Assembly (NCBI RefSeq): GCF_009914755.1
Contig: NC_060925.1
Source of the DNA: the human T2T-CHM13v2.0 reference genome, Homo sapiens
Reading direction: 5' to 3' (one strand)
Length of the DNA: 64,000 bases
Shown here: positions 43,605 through 55,255 of the stretch, one piece after another
How positions within the stretch are numbered: position 1 is the first letter of the stretch
Layout: every line of letters begins with the position of its first letter
Position numbers and translations under genes: made by a program
The notes under the pieces: generated by a model
Seen by the model: the letters and a program-made list of their open reading frames with translations, nothing else
Told to the model about the DNA's origin: nothing
Databases searched by the model: none

Positions 43605-43910
43605 GATTTTTAAAAATGTTCATTTTTGTGGGTACATAGTAGGTGTACATATTCCTGGGGTACCTGAGATGTTTTGATACAGGCATGCAACGTGTAATAA
43701 TCACATCATGGAGAATGGGGTATCCATCTCCTCAAGCATTTATCCTTTGTGTTACAAACAATCCAACTGTCTTGTTTTAATTACTTTTAAATGTCCAGTT
43801 AAATTATTACTGACTTTAGCCCCCCATTGTGCTATCAAATACTAGGTCTTATTCATTCTTTCATTTTTTCGGTACCTATTAACCATCCCTACTTCCCCAC
43901 CAACCCCCTG
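43605..43910 (-). mobile_element. L1MA 3' end
   Basis: GTGGGTACATAGTAGGTGTA...GATACAGGCATGCAA..TAATAATCACATCATGGAGAATGGGGTATCCATC. Confidence 0.85.
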
Positions 43911-44217
43911 GGTTACTTTCTTATCTTGTACCCTAATTTGGCTGACTGAGCTGGCCCCTTTTAAACAACGGTAACAGCAACAGCAACTACTTCTTCATGA
44001 ATTCAGTGTTTACCTATGTTGGGCATGATGTTCACTGAGTAACTACTGTGGAGGCTGCTGGTGACCTGGGTGGGAGCTGTCTCCCAAAAAGGGGGTAGAA
44101 GCCTGACTGCATTGGGCTGTTGAGTGAGAAGGGGCAAAGGAATGAAGCACGTGAGAGCAAACGTGTTCAAGATGTTTGGTTGTATGGGGGCTGTCATCGA
44201 AGTGGCTGTTAGGATGT

Positions 44218-44630
44218 TGTATTAGTTTGCTAGGGCTGCCATAGGAAAATACCACACACTAGGTGGCTTAAACAACAGAAATGTATTTTCTCACAGCTCT
44301 GGAGGCTGGAAGTCCAAGATCAACGTGTTGGCAGGTTTGGTTTCCTCTGCAGTCTCTCTCCATAGCCTGTGGATGGCCACCTTCTCGCTACATCTTCATC
44401 AAGCTTTCCTCTGTGCATCCACATCCTTGCTTTCTTTCTGTGTGCCCAAATTCTTCCTCTCATAAAGACGTCATCTAAATTGAAGTTGGGCCCACCTAAT
44501 AGACTTATTTTAACTCAGTCACCTTGTTTAAAAGACCCTATCTTCAAATTCAGTCACATTCTGAGGTACTAGGGTTTAGGGATTTAGTATATGAACTTTG
44601 GGAGGAAGGAATGGGTGCAATCCAACCTGT
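44218..44630 (-). mobile_element. MLT1-family MaLR LTR
   Basis: TGTATTAGTTTGCTAGGGCTGCCATA..GGTGGCTTAAACAACAGAAAT..CAGTCACATTCTGAGGTACTAGGG. Confidence 0.85.
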
Positions 44631-44829
44631 AGGTCCAGAACTTTTCTTTTCTTTTAATATGCAAGTGCCAAGCATTTTTATATGTAGTGGAAGAGAGCTT
44701 AGAGAAAGAGAGGTCACTTAATAGAGGAAAAGCCCTGAGGCTGGGGCAGGGATGGGAAGGAGAACCCAGGGGAAAGGGAGCCCTGGGCAGGAGGAGGGAG
44801 GCATCTGCCGCAGTAACCAAGGGTGGAGG

Positions 44830-45760
44830 CAGTCGCTTTCTCTGCAATATTGAGGGTGCAGACACAGTCGGTTTATCTGCAATGCTGGGGTGCAGGAGCA
44901 GTCGGTTTCTCTGCAGTGCTGGGGCTGCAGGTGCAGTTGGTTTCTTTGCAATGCTGAGGGTACGGGCACTGTCAGTTTCTCTGCAGTGCTAGGGGTGCAG
45001 GCGCAGCAGGTTTCTCTGCAGTGCTGGGGGTGCAGACTGCATTTGGTTTCTCTGCAGCTCTGGGGGTGCAGGAGCAGTCGGTTTCTCTGCAGTGCTGGGG
45101 GTGTAGATTGCATTTGGTTTCTCTGCAGCTCTGGGGGTGCAGGAGTAGTTGGTTTCTCTGCAGTGCTGGGGGTGTAGATTGCGGTTTGTTTCTCTAACAT
45201 GCTGGGGGTGCAGGCACAGTCGGTTTCTCTGCAGTGCTGGGGCTGCAGGTGCAGTTGGTTTCTCTGCAATGCTGAGGGTACAGGCACTGTCAGTTTCTCT
45301 GCAGTGCTGGGGGTGCAGGCGCAGCCGGTTTCTCTGCAGTGCTGGGGGTGCAGATTGCATTTGGTTTCTCTGCAGCTCTGGGGGTGCAGGAGCAGTCGGT
45401 TTCTCTGCAGTGCTGAGGGTACAGGCGCTGTCAGTTTCTCTGCAGTGCTGGGGGTGTAGATTGCAGTCGGTTTCTCTGTAGCTCTGGGGGTGCAGGAGCA
45501 GTCGGTTTCTCTGCAGTGCTGGGGGTGTAGATTGCAGTTGGTTTCTCTGCAGTGTTGGGGGTGCAGGTGCTGTCAGTTTCTCTGAAGTGCTGGGGGTGTA
45601 GATTGCAGTTGGTTTCTCTGCAGTGTTGGGGGTGCAGGTGCTGTCAGTTTCTCTGCAGTGCTGGGGGTGTAGATTGCAGCTGGTTTCTCTGCAGTGCTAG
45701 GGGTACAGGTGCTGTCAGTTTCTCTGCAATGCTGGGGGTGCAAGCAGTTGATTTTTCTGT
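44830..45760 (+). repeat. Minisatellite/VNTR, 35-36 bp unit, about 26 copies
   Basis: Consensus GTTTCTCTGCAGTGCTGGGGGTG(C/T)AG plus a variable tail. Unit starts such as 45541, 45576, 45612, 45647, 45683, 45718. Confidence 0.97.
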
Positions 45761-46023
45761 AACCTGAAGGTGGGAAGCTGGTGATTCTTCATGTGACAGT
45801 GGCAAAGGATGCCTGAGAGTATAAACTGGAAACATTTTGAGGGCAGCTTGACCACATGTGTCAAAACCTTTAAAATGTGCATGCAGTTAATTTATCCCAA
45901 GGACATAATTAGGGGTCTACATGGGAAGCTGGCAATAAAGACGGCTACGCAAATAAAACTATAGTTTTGTTTATCATACAAAAGGATAGAAAACAACTTC
46001 AGTATCCAAAAAATGGATGCCTG

Positions 46024-46436
46024 GCGATGTGGTTTGGAAGTTTGTTCCCTTCAAATCTCATTTTGAAGTGTGATCCTCAGTATTGGAGATGGGGCCTGGT
46101 GGGAGGTGTTTGGGTCACAGAGGGCACACCCTTCATGAATTAGCTTGGTACCCTCCCCATGGTAACAAGTGAGTTCTCTCTCTGTTAGTTCATATGACAG
46201 CTGGTTGTTCAAAGGAGGCTGACTCCTCCTCTCTTGCTCCCTCTCTCGTCATATGATATGCTGGATCCTCCTTTGCCTTCTACCATAATTGGAAGCTCCC
46301 TGAGGCCCTCACCAGAAGCAGATGCTGGCACTGTGGTTCACATACAGCCTGCAGAATCATGAACCAAATAAACCTCTTTTCTATATAAATTATCCAGCAT
46401 CGGGTATTCCTGTATAGCAACACAAGGACTAATATA
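46024..46436 (+). mobile_element. MSTB-like MaLR LTR within an old L1ME remnant
   Basis: GTGGTTTGG..TTTGTTCCCTTCAAATCTCA..GGGGCCTGGTGGGAGGTGTTTGGGTCA...AAATAAACCTCTTTTC..GGACTAATATA. Confidence 0.85.
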
Positions 46437-49010
46437 CCTGATTAAGCAAACTATTACATGTTTTAGAATGTCACATGCACAAGTCAATAGGGCGCCAAGA
46501 GTATTTACAGCCATCAGTTACAGAAGTATGTTTATGAAGATGGAATGGTGGTGCAGGATAGCCTTATATAAGGAAATGCGGAGCAGACAATTACACGACA
46601 ATTATACAAAGAATAATCGTGACTTAAAAAAATAGACAATGGATTAAAAAATAGACAATGGATAAAGTAAAAATAAAGACAGCCCGTGTGTGGGAGGCAA
46701 AGGTTAACTATGGTGATCTCTGGGTGGTGAAATTAAGGGAGCCAATTATCTTCTTTTTGCTTACCTATATAGTTTCTAGTTTTTGCCATGGTGAACACAT
46801 TATTTAAGCAAGATGGGAAAAAAGCAATAAAAACAACTTTTTAAATGCACCACCTGGATTTCTTTTCAGGGCTATTTTCCATAAAGAAACCCATTTTTTA
46901 TGACCTAAGAGTTGTTGTGTAAATGATGCTGGCACGTGGAAAATAATAAAGGAGATATGAATATGCTCCCTGCAGATTGAGATGGCAGAGAGGTGCCATG
47001 CTCCCTCCCCTGGGGCCTAGGACAGCATTTAGCACACAGTAGGCCCCCAGTAAATGATTCAGGAAGAAATGATTGAGTGAGATACTATTGGCAAGGAGGG
47101 TAACTGAATGTCCCTGTAAGTGAAAAAATCACTGGCTCACAGCAGCCTCTATATGAGGTGTAAAATCATGCATTAGTAAATAACAAATTATCATGGGCTA
47201 TGAATCCCTGATGTGGCTCGAGAGTTGTCAAAATCTAGAATGTTCTTTCTATACAGGTTTGCACCTATGAGAAATGTGAATTTCAACCTCTGTTCACTGC
47301 TCAAACTACTGATAAAGCTAAACTCTGGCACTGGTTAGATGCAAGGCATTTGCTTTCCAGAAAGCCTTTGAAACCAAAAGTTTTCATTACCATGATATCA
47401 TTACCACGATATCCTGAAGGCATTACATAGATGTCATGAAGCAACAACCTTTTAAAGTCATGGTATGGACTGGCCCAGCCATGTAATCTAGTCCTAAAAT
47501 GTAGATGTTTCTGATGCTGTGAAGAGGAAGACAATGGGATAATATTATTACATCAGAGGATGAGTCTAATGTCTTTCATCTGCCAGAGAGAAGACTAGAG
47601 ATATTTATTGGTTCAGTATTTCAACAACATGGTATTAATTGTCTTTGAGTGTTTTCATAGGTAGTTAGCGCAAGGGTATTAATGAAAACAGCCCCACTTC
47701 ATTTAAAAATTAACTACTTGGCCGTTGAGCAACAGGAGCTGATAAATCATGGCAATAAATTTGTGATGGAGATTTATGCCCTCGTGACTCAGAGCCAGGC
47801 CATGGGCATATTTAGATGGGCTGGAGAGATAAGGAATACCAAGTGTGGGCACTGGAAACCATCTGGAGTTCTTCAGGGATAGAATACAGTTTAGTAGTAG
47901 AGAGAATACAGTCTGCCTGGTCATCACTAATGTAGCACTTATCCAAAAGACTTATCCAAAACATCTTTTCTTCCAAAAAAGTTGCTAAGCTCTTTAGCCA
48001 TCACCTTTTTCTGGCATGTCATAGGTTGGTGAAGACCTGGCCTCCCAGGCCCAGGGGCAGGCCCCAGGCCATCCTGCTGGACCTGTGGAGACTAAGCCCA
48101 TTTCTACCTGATGGGTGGGGAAAGAGCCCGCATTCACCTGCTCATCAGAAGAGCAGCTCCTCCCAGGCCAGCTGACACGGCTGATATTTCCTCAGAGCTC
48201 CTCTTTTGCTAATGCAATGGAAAAGTCTACCCAGATGGGTGCAGCAAAGAGGGAAGGAAATATTTCTTGCACAGTTGTTGTCAGGCTCTGGGCTAGGTGC
48301 CTAATTTACATAATTTCATTTAATCTCCACAACAATCTTGAAAGGTAGCTCTTATTAACCAACTATTAACTCCATTTCAGAGAGCAGGAAGCTGACACTC
48401 ATAAAATTGAAGTGGCTTGCCCTAGGCCCATGTACGGTGTCTGCATTGGACGCCATATTGCAGGGAGAATGTGAGTTTTGAAATCACAGAAACCAGCATT
48501 TGAGTCCCAGGTACGCTACTCACTAGCTGGGCAGTTTTGAAAAACATTTAACCTTTCTATGCCCACAGTTTTTTTCATTTGTCAACAAAAGGTGATAGAT
48601 TAACATAGTCATCACAGGATACACGGGTAGGTTAGACTAAATAACAACATGAAAGTCTTAAATAAAAAGGAGCTGGGATTCCAGGCCACGTTTTTCAGAC
48701 TCCAAAGTTCTTATAACTAAACCATAAAAACTCATGACCCTGGAGAGACACAGAGGCCAAGACAGAATGCCAAATCCAGAGCTGAGGAGGACCTAACGGG
48801 ACCCACTGGGGTGCAGTGTAGGGCTTGGACTTGCAGGGGAGCACAAAGAGAGCAGAGTTATCCATGCTGAACAAAGGTTGCAGCAAGGTCAGCAGCCAGG
48901 CCGACTTGAAGATCAGCTAATGATATACTTCCTATATGAAAATCATAAAAAAGAGAATGTGGGAAGTAAGATTGACTTCTGAGATCTCAATTATATACAG
49001 CAGCAGCTCG

Positions 49011-49013
<3 letters not shown>

Positions 49014-49043
<30 letters not shown>

Positions 49044-49188
49044 CTGGGCCTCACTCTGTCACCCAGGCGGGACTGCAGTGTCACAATCATGGCTCACTGC
49101 AACCTCTACCTCCCCCAGGCTCCAGCAATCCTCCTGCCTCAGCCTCTCCAGTAGCTGGGACTATAGGCTCGCATCACTATGCCCGGCT
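49014..49188 (-). mobile_element. Alu right-arm fragment (AluJ/FRAM-like)
   Basis: Poly-T followed by one monomer only. Confidence 0.85.
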
Positions 49189-50054
49189 ATCAGCTTAAAT
49201 CTGAGCAAGCCCAAAGGTCTAACCGATTAATATATGTCAGAAACTTAATGGTCTGGGAGAGGAGGGACCTCTGGGAGAAAGATAGGGGGATAATACAGTA
49301 AAAGTTGCTGGACAATGGACACCTCAAACGGTTTCCCAGGGGGCAAGGACTGGTGGGGGGCCATGAGAAGGTTCATTTCTGGGCCTTGGAATTAACTGAG
49401 GGCTATCAGCTCTAGGGAAGCTACTGACAGTAGGGTTTGGGCACTGGAAGCCATCTGGGGTTCTGCAGAGATAGAATACGATTTAGTAGTAGAGAACATG
49501 GTCTGCCTGGGCGTCACTAATGTAGCACCCACCAATGCAAATAGCCAGGATTCAGGAAAACCAAAGGGAACTGGAAGCTGAGGTTACAGAGCTGATGAAG
49601 ACATTAGTCCTGTCCTCAGGAAGGCTGTGGGGAAGACAGTAAACAGGCATTTCTGACACAAGGTGGTCACATGTTGACAAAACAAGCTCAGGGTCCTAGA
49701 CCAGCCCTGAGGAGAGGCACCTAAGTCACCAAAGGGTGGTGAGGAAAGGTTCCTGGAAGAGAGAACACTGGAAGCAAGACACAGAAGACAGTGGTAGCTG
49801 ATCAGGACAAGAGAGGATGTCCCTGACATGGTCCTGCTTACAATCATGTTCAATTCAGTACCACAACCCAAAAGATGAACTATATTCATGATTTGGCTCC
49901 CACTGACCCCCAGTCTCATTTCTCTTCACTCTGCCCCACACTTCGGGCTACAGCAACATCAAGGGCTGGTGGTTGCCTCCCTGTCCATGCTGCTGGTGAA
50001 TTTTTGATTATATGACTCTCATCTGCTGAAATACTCCACCACCCCTTGGGCTAA

Positions 50055-50369
<315 letters not shown>

Positions 50370-50673
50370 TGCTAAATTCTATTTATTCTTTAGGAGCCTT
50401 TTAGGAATCCTTCTCTGCCTCCTGTATCTGGTGTTAGATGCTCTTCCCTGAAACCCCTGCACACCTCTCAATCACTGTCCTTGCCACCTTGCACTAGACT
50501 TAACGATGTGTCCATTTTCCTCACTAGACAGTGCACTAGTTGATGTCAGGAATTATGTATTCCTTTTTACAGTCACAGTTGCCAGCATTTAGCCACCGCT
50601 TCATAAATCATTTTGCAAAGGCCAGTTAAGGAAAGATAGACAGACAAATTTAAATGAAGTACTCTTTTCTCCT

Positions 50674-50920
50674 TAGGGTTACCAGATAAACACAGGACAC
50701 CCAGTTACACTGGAGTTTAAATTGAAATTTGAATTTCAAATAAACAAAGAATACTTTTTTCAGTATAAGTGTGTCCCAAACAGCGCATGGAACATACTTG
50801 TACTAAGCAGAAATGTGTCTCAAATGTTGCATGGGACACACACCAAAAGATTGTTACTTATCTGAAATGCAAATTGAACTGGGCATCCTGTATTTTTATT
50901 TGCTAAATCTGTCAGCCCTA
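50674..50920. mobile_element. MER53 palindromic hAT MITE
   Basis: TAGGGTTACCAGATAAA..CAGGACACCCAGTT ... AACTGGGCATCCTGTATTTTTATTTGCTAAATCTGTCAGCCCTA. Confidence 0.85.
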
Positions 50921-53049
50921 AATATTGAAAAGCATAAAGCGTGTGGGCAAGAGCAGTCTCATTCTGCTGATGGAAAATGCTCAATCTGGTAAGAAATTTG
51001 GCAAAATATTTTCCAATATGATCAGATAATTGCTCAGAGATAAGAGAGTTAATTCCAGTATTTACCATGGCCCAAAGTTAGAAAACACCTAAATATATAC
51101 CCTTAAGAGATTGGTTAAATGAAATAGAATTTTATGTGCCATGTAACACTGAGATTAAAGCACAAGATCTGAAGGCAAAATGCCTAGGTGCTATTTCTCA
51201 ACTAAAAATAAAACAAAACAAAAATGCTTTGGTGCAAATCTTGGCTGCACATGACACTGGCTATGAGACTCTGAGGAAGGTTACCTAATTTTTTTTATGC
51301 CTCAGTTCCCACCTGTGTAAAATAGGAATATACACATTTTTACCCTATAAGGTTTGGGAAGATTAAATAAGTTATCCATGTATAGCCCTTAAAAAAAGGG
51401 CCTGGCAGAAAGTAATGTTTAAATAAAGACGGTTATTGTTATTATCATTACCCCTATGTAGAATACTGTGGTTTCATTAAAAATGACTTTATAGATTTAT
51501 ATTTATTGATGGAAAAAGGTGTTCTCATTATACAGTGAGGGAAAACAATCAACCAAAGCATCATATACACAGCATCCATGTAGCAAATCATTCTGAGCAC
51601 CATCTCTGTCAGGTCCTCTCTTAGAAGTCACCAACAGCAAACATAGCCAGAACACAGCAGAAAACCTGGAGGGTCATGAGCAGACACATATATATGTGTG
51701 TGTGTGTGTATATATACATATATATATATATATCAGGAAATATATACAAATTAAAAGGCAATTAACATTCTGATAAGAGCTATAAAGGAAAATAAATAAA
51801 GTGTAATAGGAAAGGCCTCAAAAGACAGAGCTATTTTTCCTGAAACCCGAAGCATGAGCGGAGTTAGCCAGGCCAGAGCTGGAAGAATATTCTAAACAGA
51901 GTAAATGGTGTCTATCAAAGCCATGAGAAGGGAGATATCTGGGCAAGTTTAAGGAACTGAAACAAGGCCAACGTGGTTGGATCCCGGTGGATGAGTGGGA
52001 GAGTGGAGCAAGATGAAAGTGGACAAATAAGTAAGGGGTTGATCATGTTCAGCTTTGTAAGATATCAAAAGTCAAATTAAGGAGAGTAGTGTATTTGGGT
52101 CTTTACCCTAAGGTCCTTTGAGACAATCTCATCATCTGTCATCTTTGCTTTACTTGCTTAGGATTTAGAATTCTGGACTGAAAGATCTCAGTGGCTGAAT
52201 TAAAGCCACATGTCCCCAAGGGTGAAACAGGGAGGATTCCCCCTTCAGCTTCCACGTTTGCCACTGAAGAGCTGTGGTGTGGCCCTGGGACCCTCCTCGC
52301 CACTGAATTCAGGGAGCCCATGTCATCCCACCTCCCATCAGTATCTCTAGCCTCCAGACAGCAGTTTCTGGTGTTACCCTCATCAAGGTATTTCTCAATA
52401 CTTTGGCAAAGGGTATGTCCTCTAAGCTTTCCTCGGAGACATAGTCAGGGAGTGATAGGGTTAGTTGCACATGATAAATTCACTCCAGCATTCCTATCTC
52501 TCAGAGTCTTTGGATTCTTTCCTTTACTCGGTATCAAGGAATTTATGACATCTCAACTCTGTTTAATATTGGCCACCACTGAGTCCAGATTTCTGTCAAC
52601 CAACTGAACAAACAACGGTGTCTACTCCCAGCTGCTCTGAGCTAGCAACAGAATCTGGAGTCTCTACTAAGTGCATCATTACCAGGGACTTCAACTTGGT
52701 CTGAAATTATGTTCGTTTCCCCTTGGTCAAGAACGTACAGAATTCATTCCCACACATATTCCTCGGTTTTGAAGGTGTAAATTAGCAAGGTCTTGCAAAT
52801 CATTTGTTATACATGCCTTCTGCTCCCGGTTTGACTTTTTACTCCCCGCCTCCCCCACAGGTATTCTAGGTCAGATCCTGTAGACAAGGGAGAGATGCTG
52901 CAGTGCAGAGAAAGGACAGACTCCTTCTTTCCATGTAACTCTTTTGGGTAAGAGAGTTACAGTGTCTTTTGAGCAAAAAATAAAGAGAGCCAACAGTCCA
53001 AGGAGGAGAGTTGCTTTGGCTGGCACAGAAAGATTGGTGATTTCTCTAG

Positions 53050-53398
<349 letters not shown>

Positions 53399-54635
53399 TT
53401 CCACATCTTACTCTATCAGTACCTTAACTTTCTCCAAAGAGGCATGACAAAGCTGTGCATTCAACTGATGTAATTCTACCAATCTCACAGTCCAAATTTG
53501 AATTTGTTTTCTACTCTCTCAGCAGTGTGGCTTTTAGAGGTTGGAAATTCATTTAGCACTGCCATAGAAAGTTCTTGGGTGTGGATGTTTGCCTTAAATT
53601 GAGAATCTGGGGATTTAAATTTGTCATTCTCTTTTCATAAGCTACCCAGGGCCATTCGAAGCAGCCATTCTTCCACAGTCCTTAACTCCTGTCTTTTACG
53701 CTGACCCAGGACAATACTTACATGCTGTCCTAAAAGCTTTCTTGATTTTCATGAGCACTTCCTCCAAATGACCACAGGTGATACTTTAGATGTTCTGCTG
53801 CTGTGGACATGAGCTTCCATATTCCTGTCTCTGAATCCTAAAAGAATGATCATGTCCTAACTCCTCACTGAGGCAATCGGATCAACTCCAGATTTCTATC
53901 ATACAGGCCTTCTGACTTGAAGAGCCCGGAGCATATGCCTCGGCACAAATTTCTGCATCAATAAGCTGCAAGGAACAGAAACTGATTCTGACTCAAGTAT
54001 ATTAATACAAAAGAGGGATTCATTGGAAGGTATTAGGTAGCTCACAGGTTTGCAGAATTAAGAACCAAGCAAAGCAAGGCAGCAGGAAAAATTCACCAGG
54101 ATGTAACCATAGCCAGTCACAAGCATAGCCATCACGGCAGACCACTGTCCCGGTCGCTGCCAGGCTGGTCTCATCATCCCTTCACTCACTCAAAAGTCAA
54201 ACTTCCGGGTAGAAGCATTCAATAAGTGACAATCGGTCACATGTCCTCACTCTAGCAGAGGAGGGGGCAGTGGAGAGACAGAAAGAGTTCCCCTAAGGAA
54301 TCCCAGAGAGAGGTTGGGTTTGGGAAAGGCAAAAAGTAATGTGAGACTGCGTTCTGTTTTGTGGTGTGACATAGAACCAGATGTTGGTACAGGGGTCGGG
54401 AACCGACCTTGGTCATTATTAATCTCTATTGTCTCACTGAGATGTTGCCACTTCCATGTGATGAGCCCATGCAGGTCACCATGGAATCTGCCTCCTCCCG
54501 CCCACGGGAGCAAGGAGCCACATCCCGTCTCTTTTTCCGTACCGCACCCCGCCAACTCTTGGCTACCGGAAAGCCTGAGGGCCGCTGCAGCACTGTTTTC
54601 CTAGATGGGCCACATGACCCTTTCTACTCTGGCCT

Positions 54636-54669
<34 letters not shown>

Positions 54670-54873
54670 AGACAGGGTCTCCCTGCATCGCCCAGGTTGG
54701 AGTGCCGTGGTGCGATCTTGGCTCACTGCAACCTGCGCCTCCCGGGCTCAAGCAACTCTCCTGCCTCAGCCTGGGATTACAGCTGAGACTACAGGCGCAC
54801 GCCGCCGCCATGCCCGGCTAATTTTTTTGTATTTTTGGTGGAGATGGAGTTTGGCCATGTAGCCTAGGCTGGA
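54636..54873 (-). mobile_element. 5'-truncated Alu
   Basis: Long T tail; TSD ACTCTGGCCT at 54626-54635 and 54874-54883. Confidence 0.9.
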
Positions 54874-54971
54874 ACTCTGGCCTATTTCCTCTTTTCACAG
54901 ACTCTCTTCAGATAAAAGGAGAGGGCTCCTGACATCCACAAACCTGTCTGGAATTTCTGCTGTTCCTTCTA

Positions 54972-55255
54972 TTTTTTTATTTGTTTGTTTGAGACACAGA
55001 GTCTTGCTCTGTTGCCAGGCTGCAGCTCACTGCACAACACAGCTCACTGCAGCCTCGACCTCCTGGGCTCAAGCTCAGCCTCCGGTAGAGCTGAGATGTA
55101 GGCATGCACCACCACACAAGACTAATATTTCGATTTTTATTGAAACAGGATCACACTTTGTTGTCCAGGCTAGTCTTGAACTCCTGAGCTCAAGCGATCC
55201 TTCCACCTCAGCCTCCCAAAATGCTGGGATTAGGGGCATGAACCACCGCAGGGCC
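54972..55255 (-). mobile_element. Diverged Alu (AluJ-like)
   Basis: CAGCCTCGACCTCCTGGGCTCAAG...GAACTCCTGAGCTCAAGCGATCC. Confidence 0.88.

Noticed and set aside
44830-45760. CRISPR-like appearance (constant part plus variable part); Cys-rich and Pro-rich ORFs
   Set aside because: The variable parts are short, related to each other and recurrent. There are no cas genes and the context is primate DNA. The ORFs are translations of the minisatellite.
46624-46663. 20-bp tandem duplication TTAAAAAA(A)TAGACAATGGA x2
   Set aside because: Ordinary slippage duplication in an old L1 remnant.
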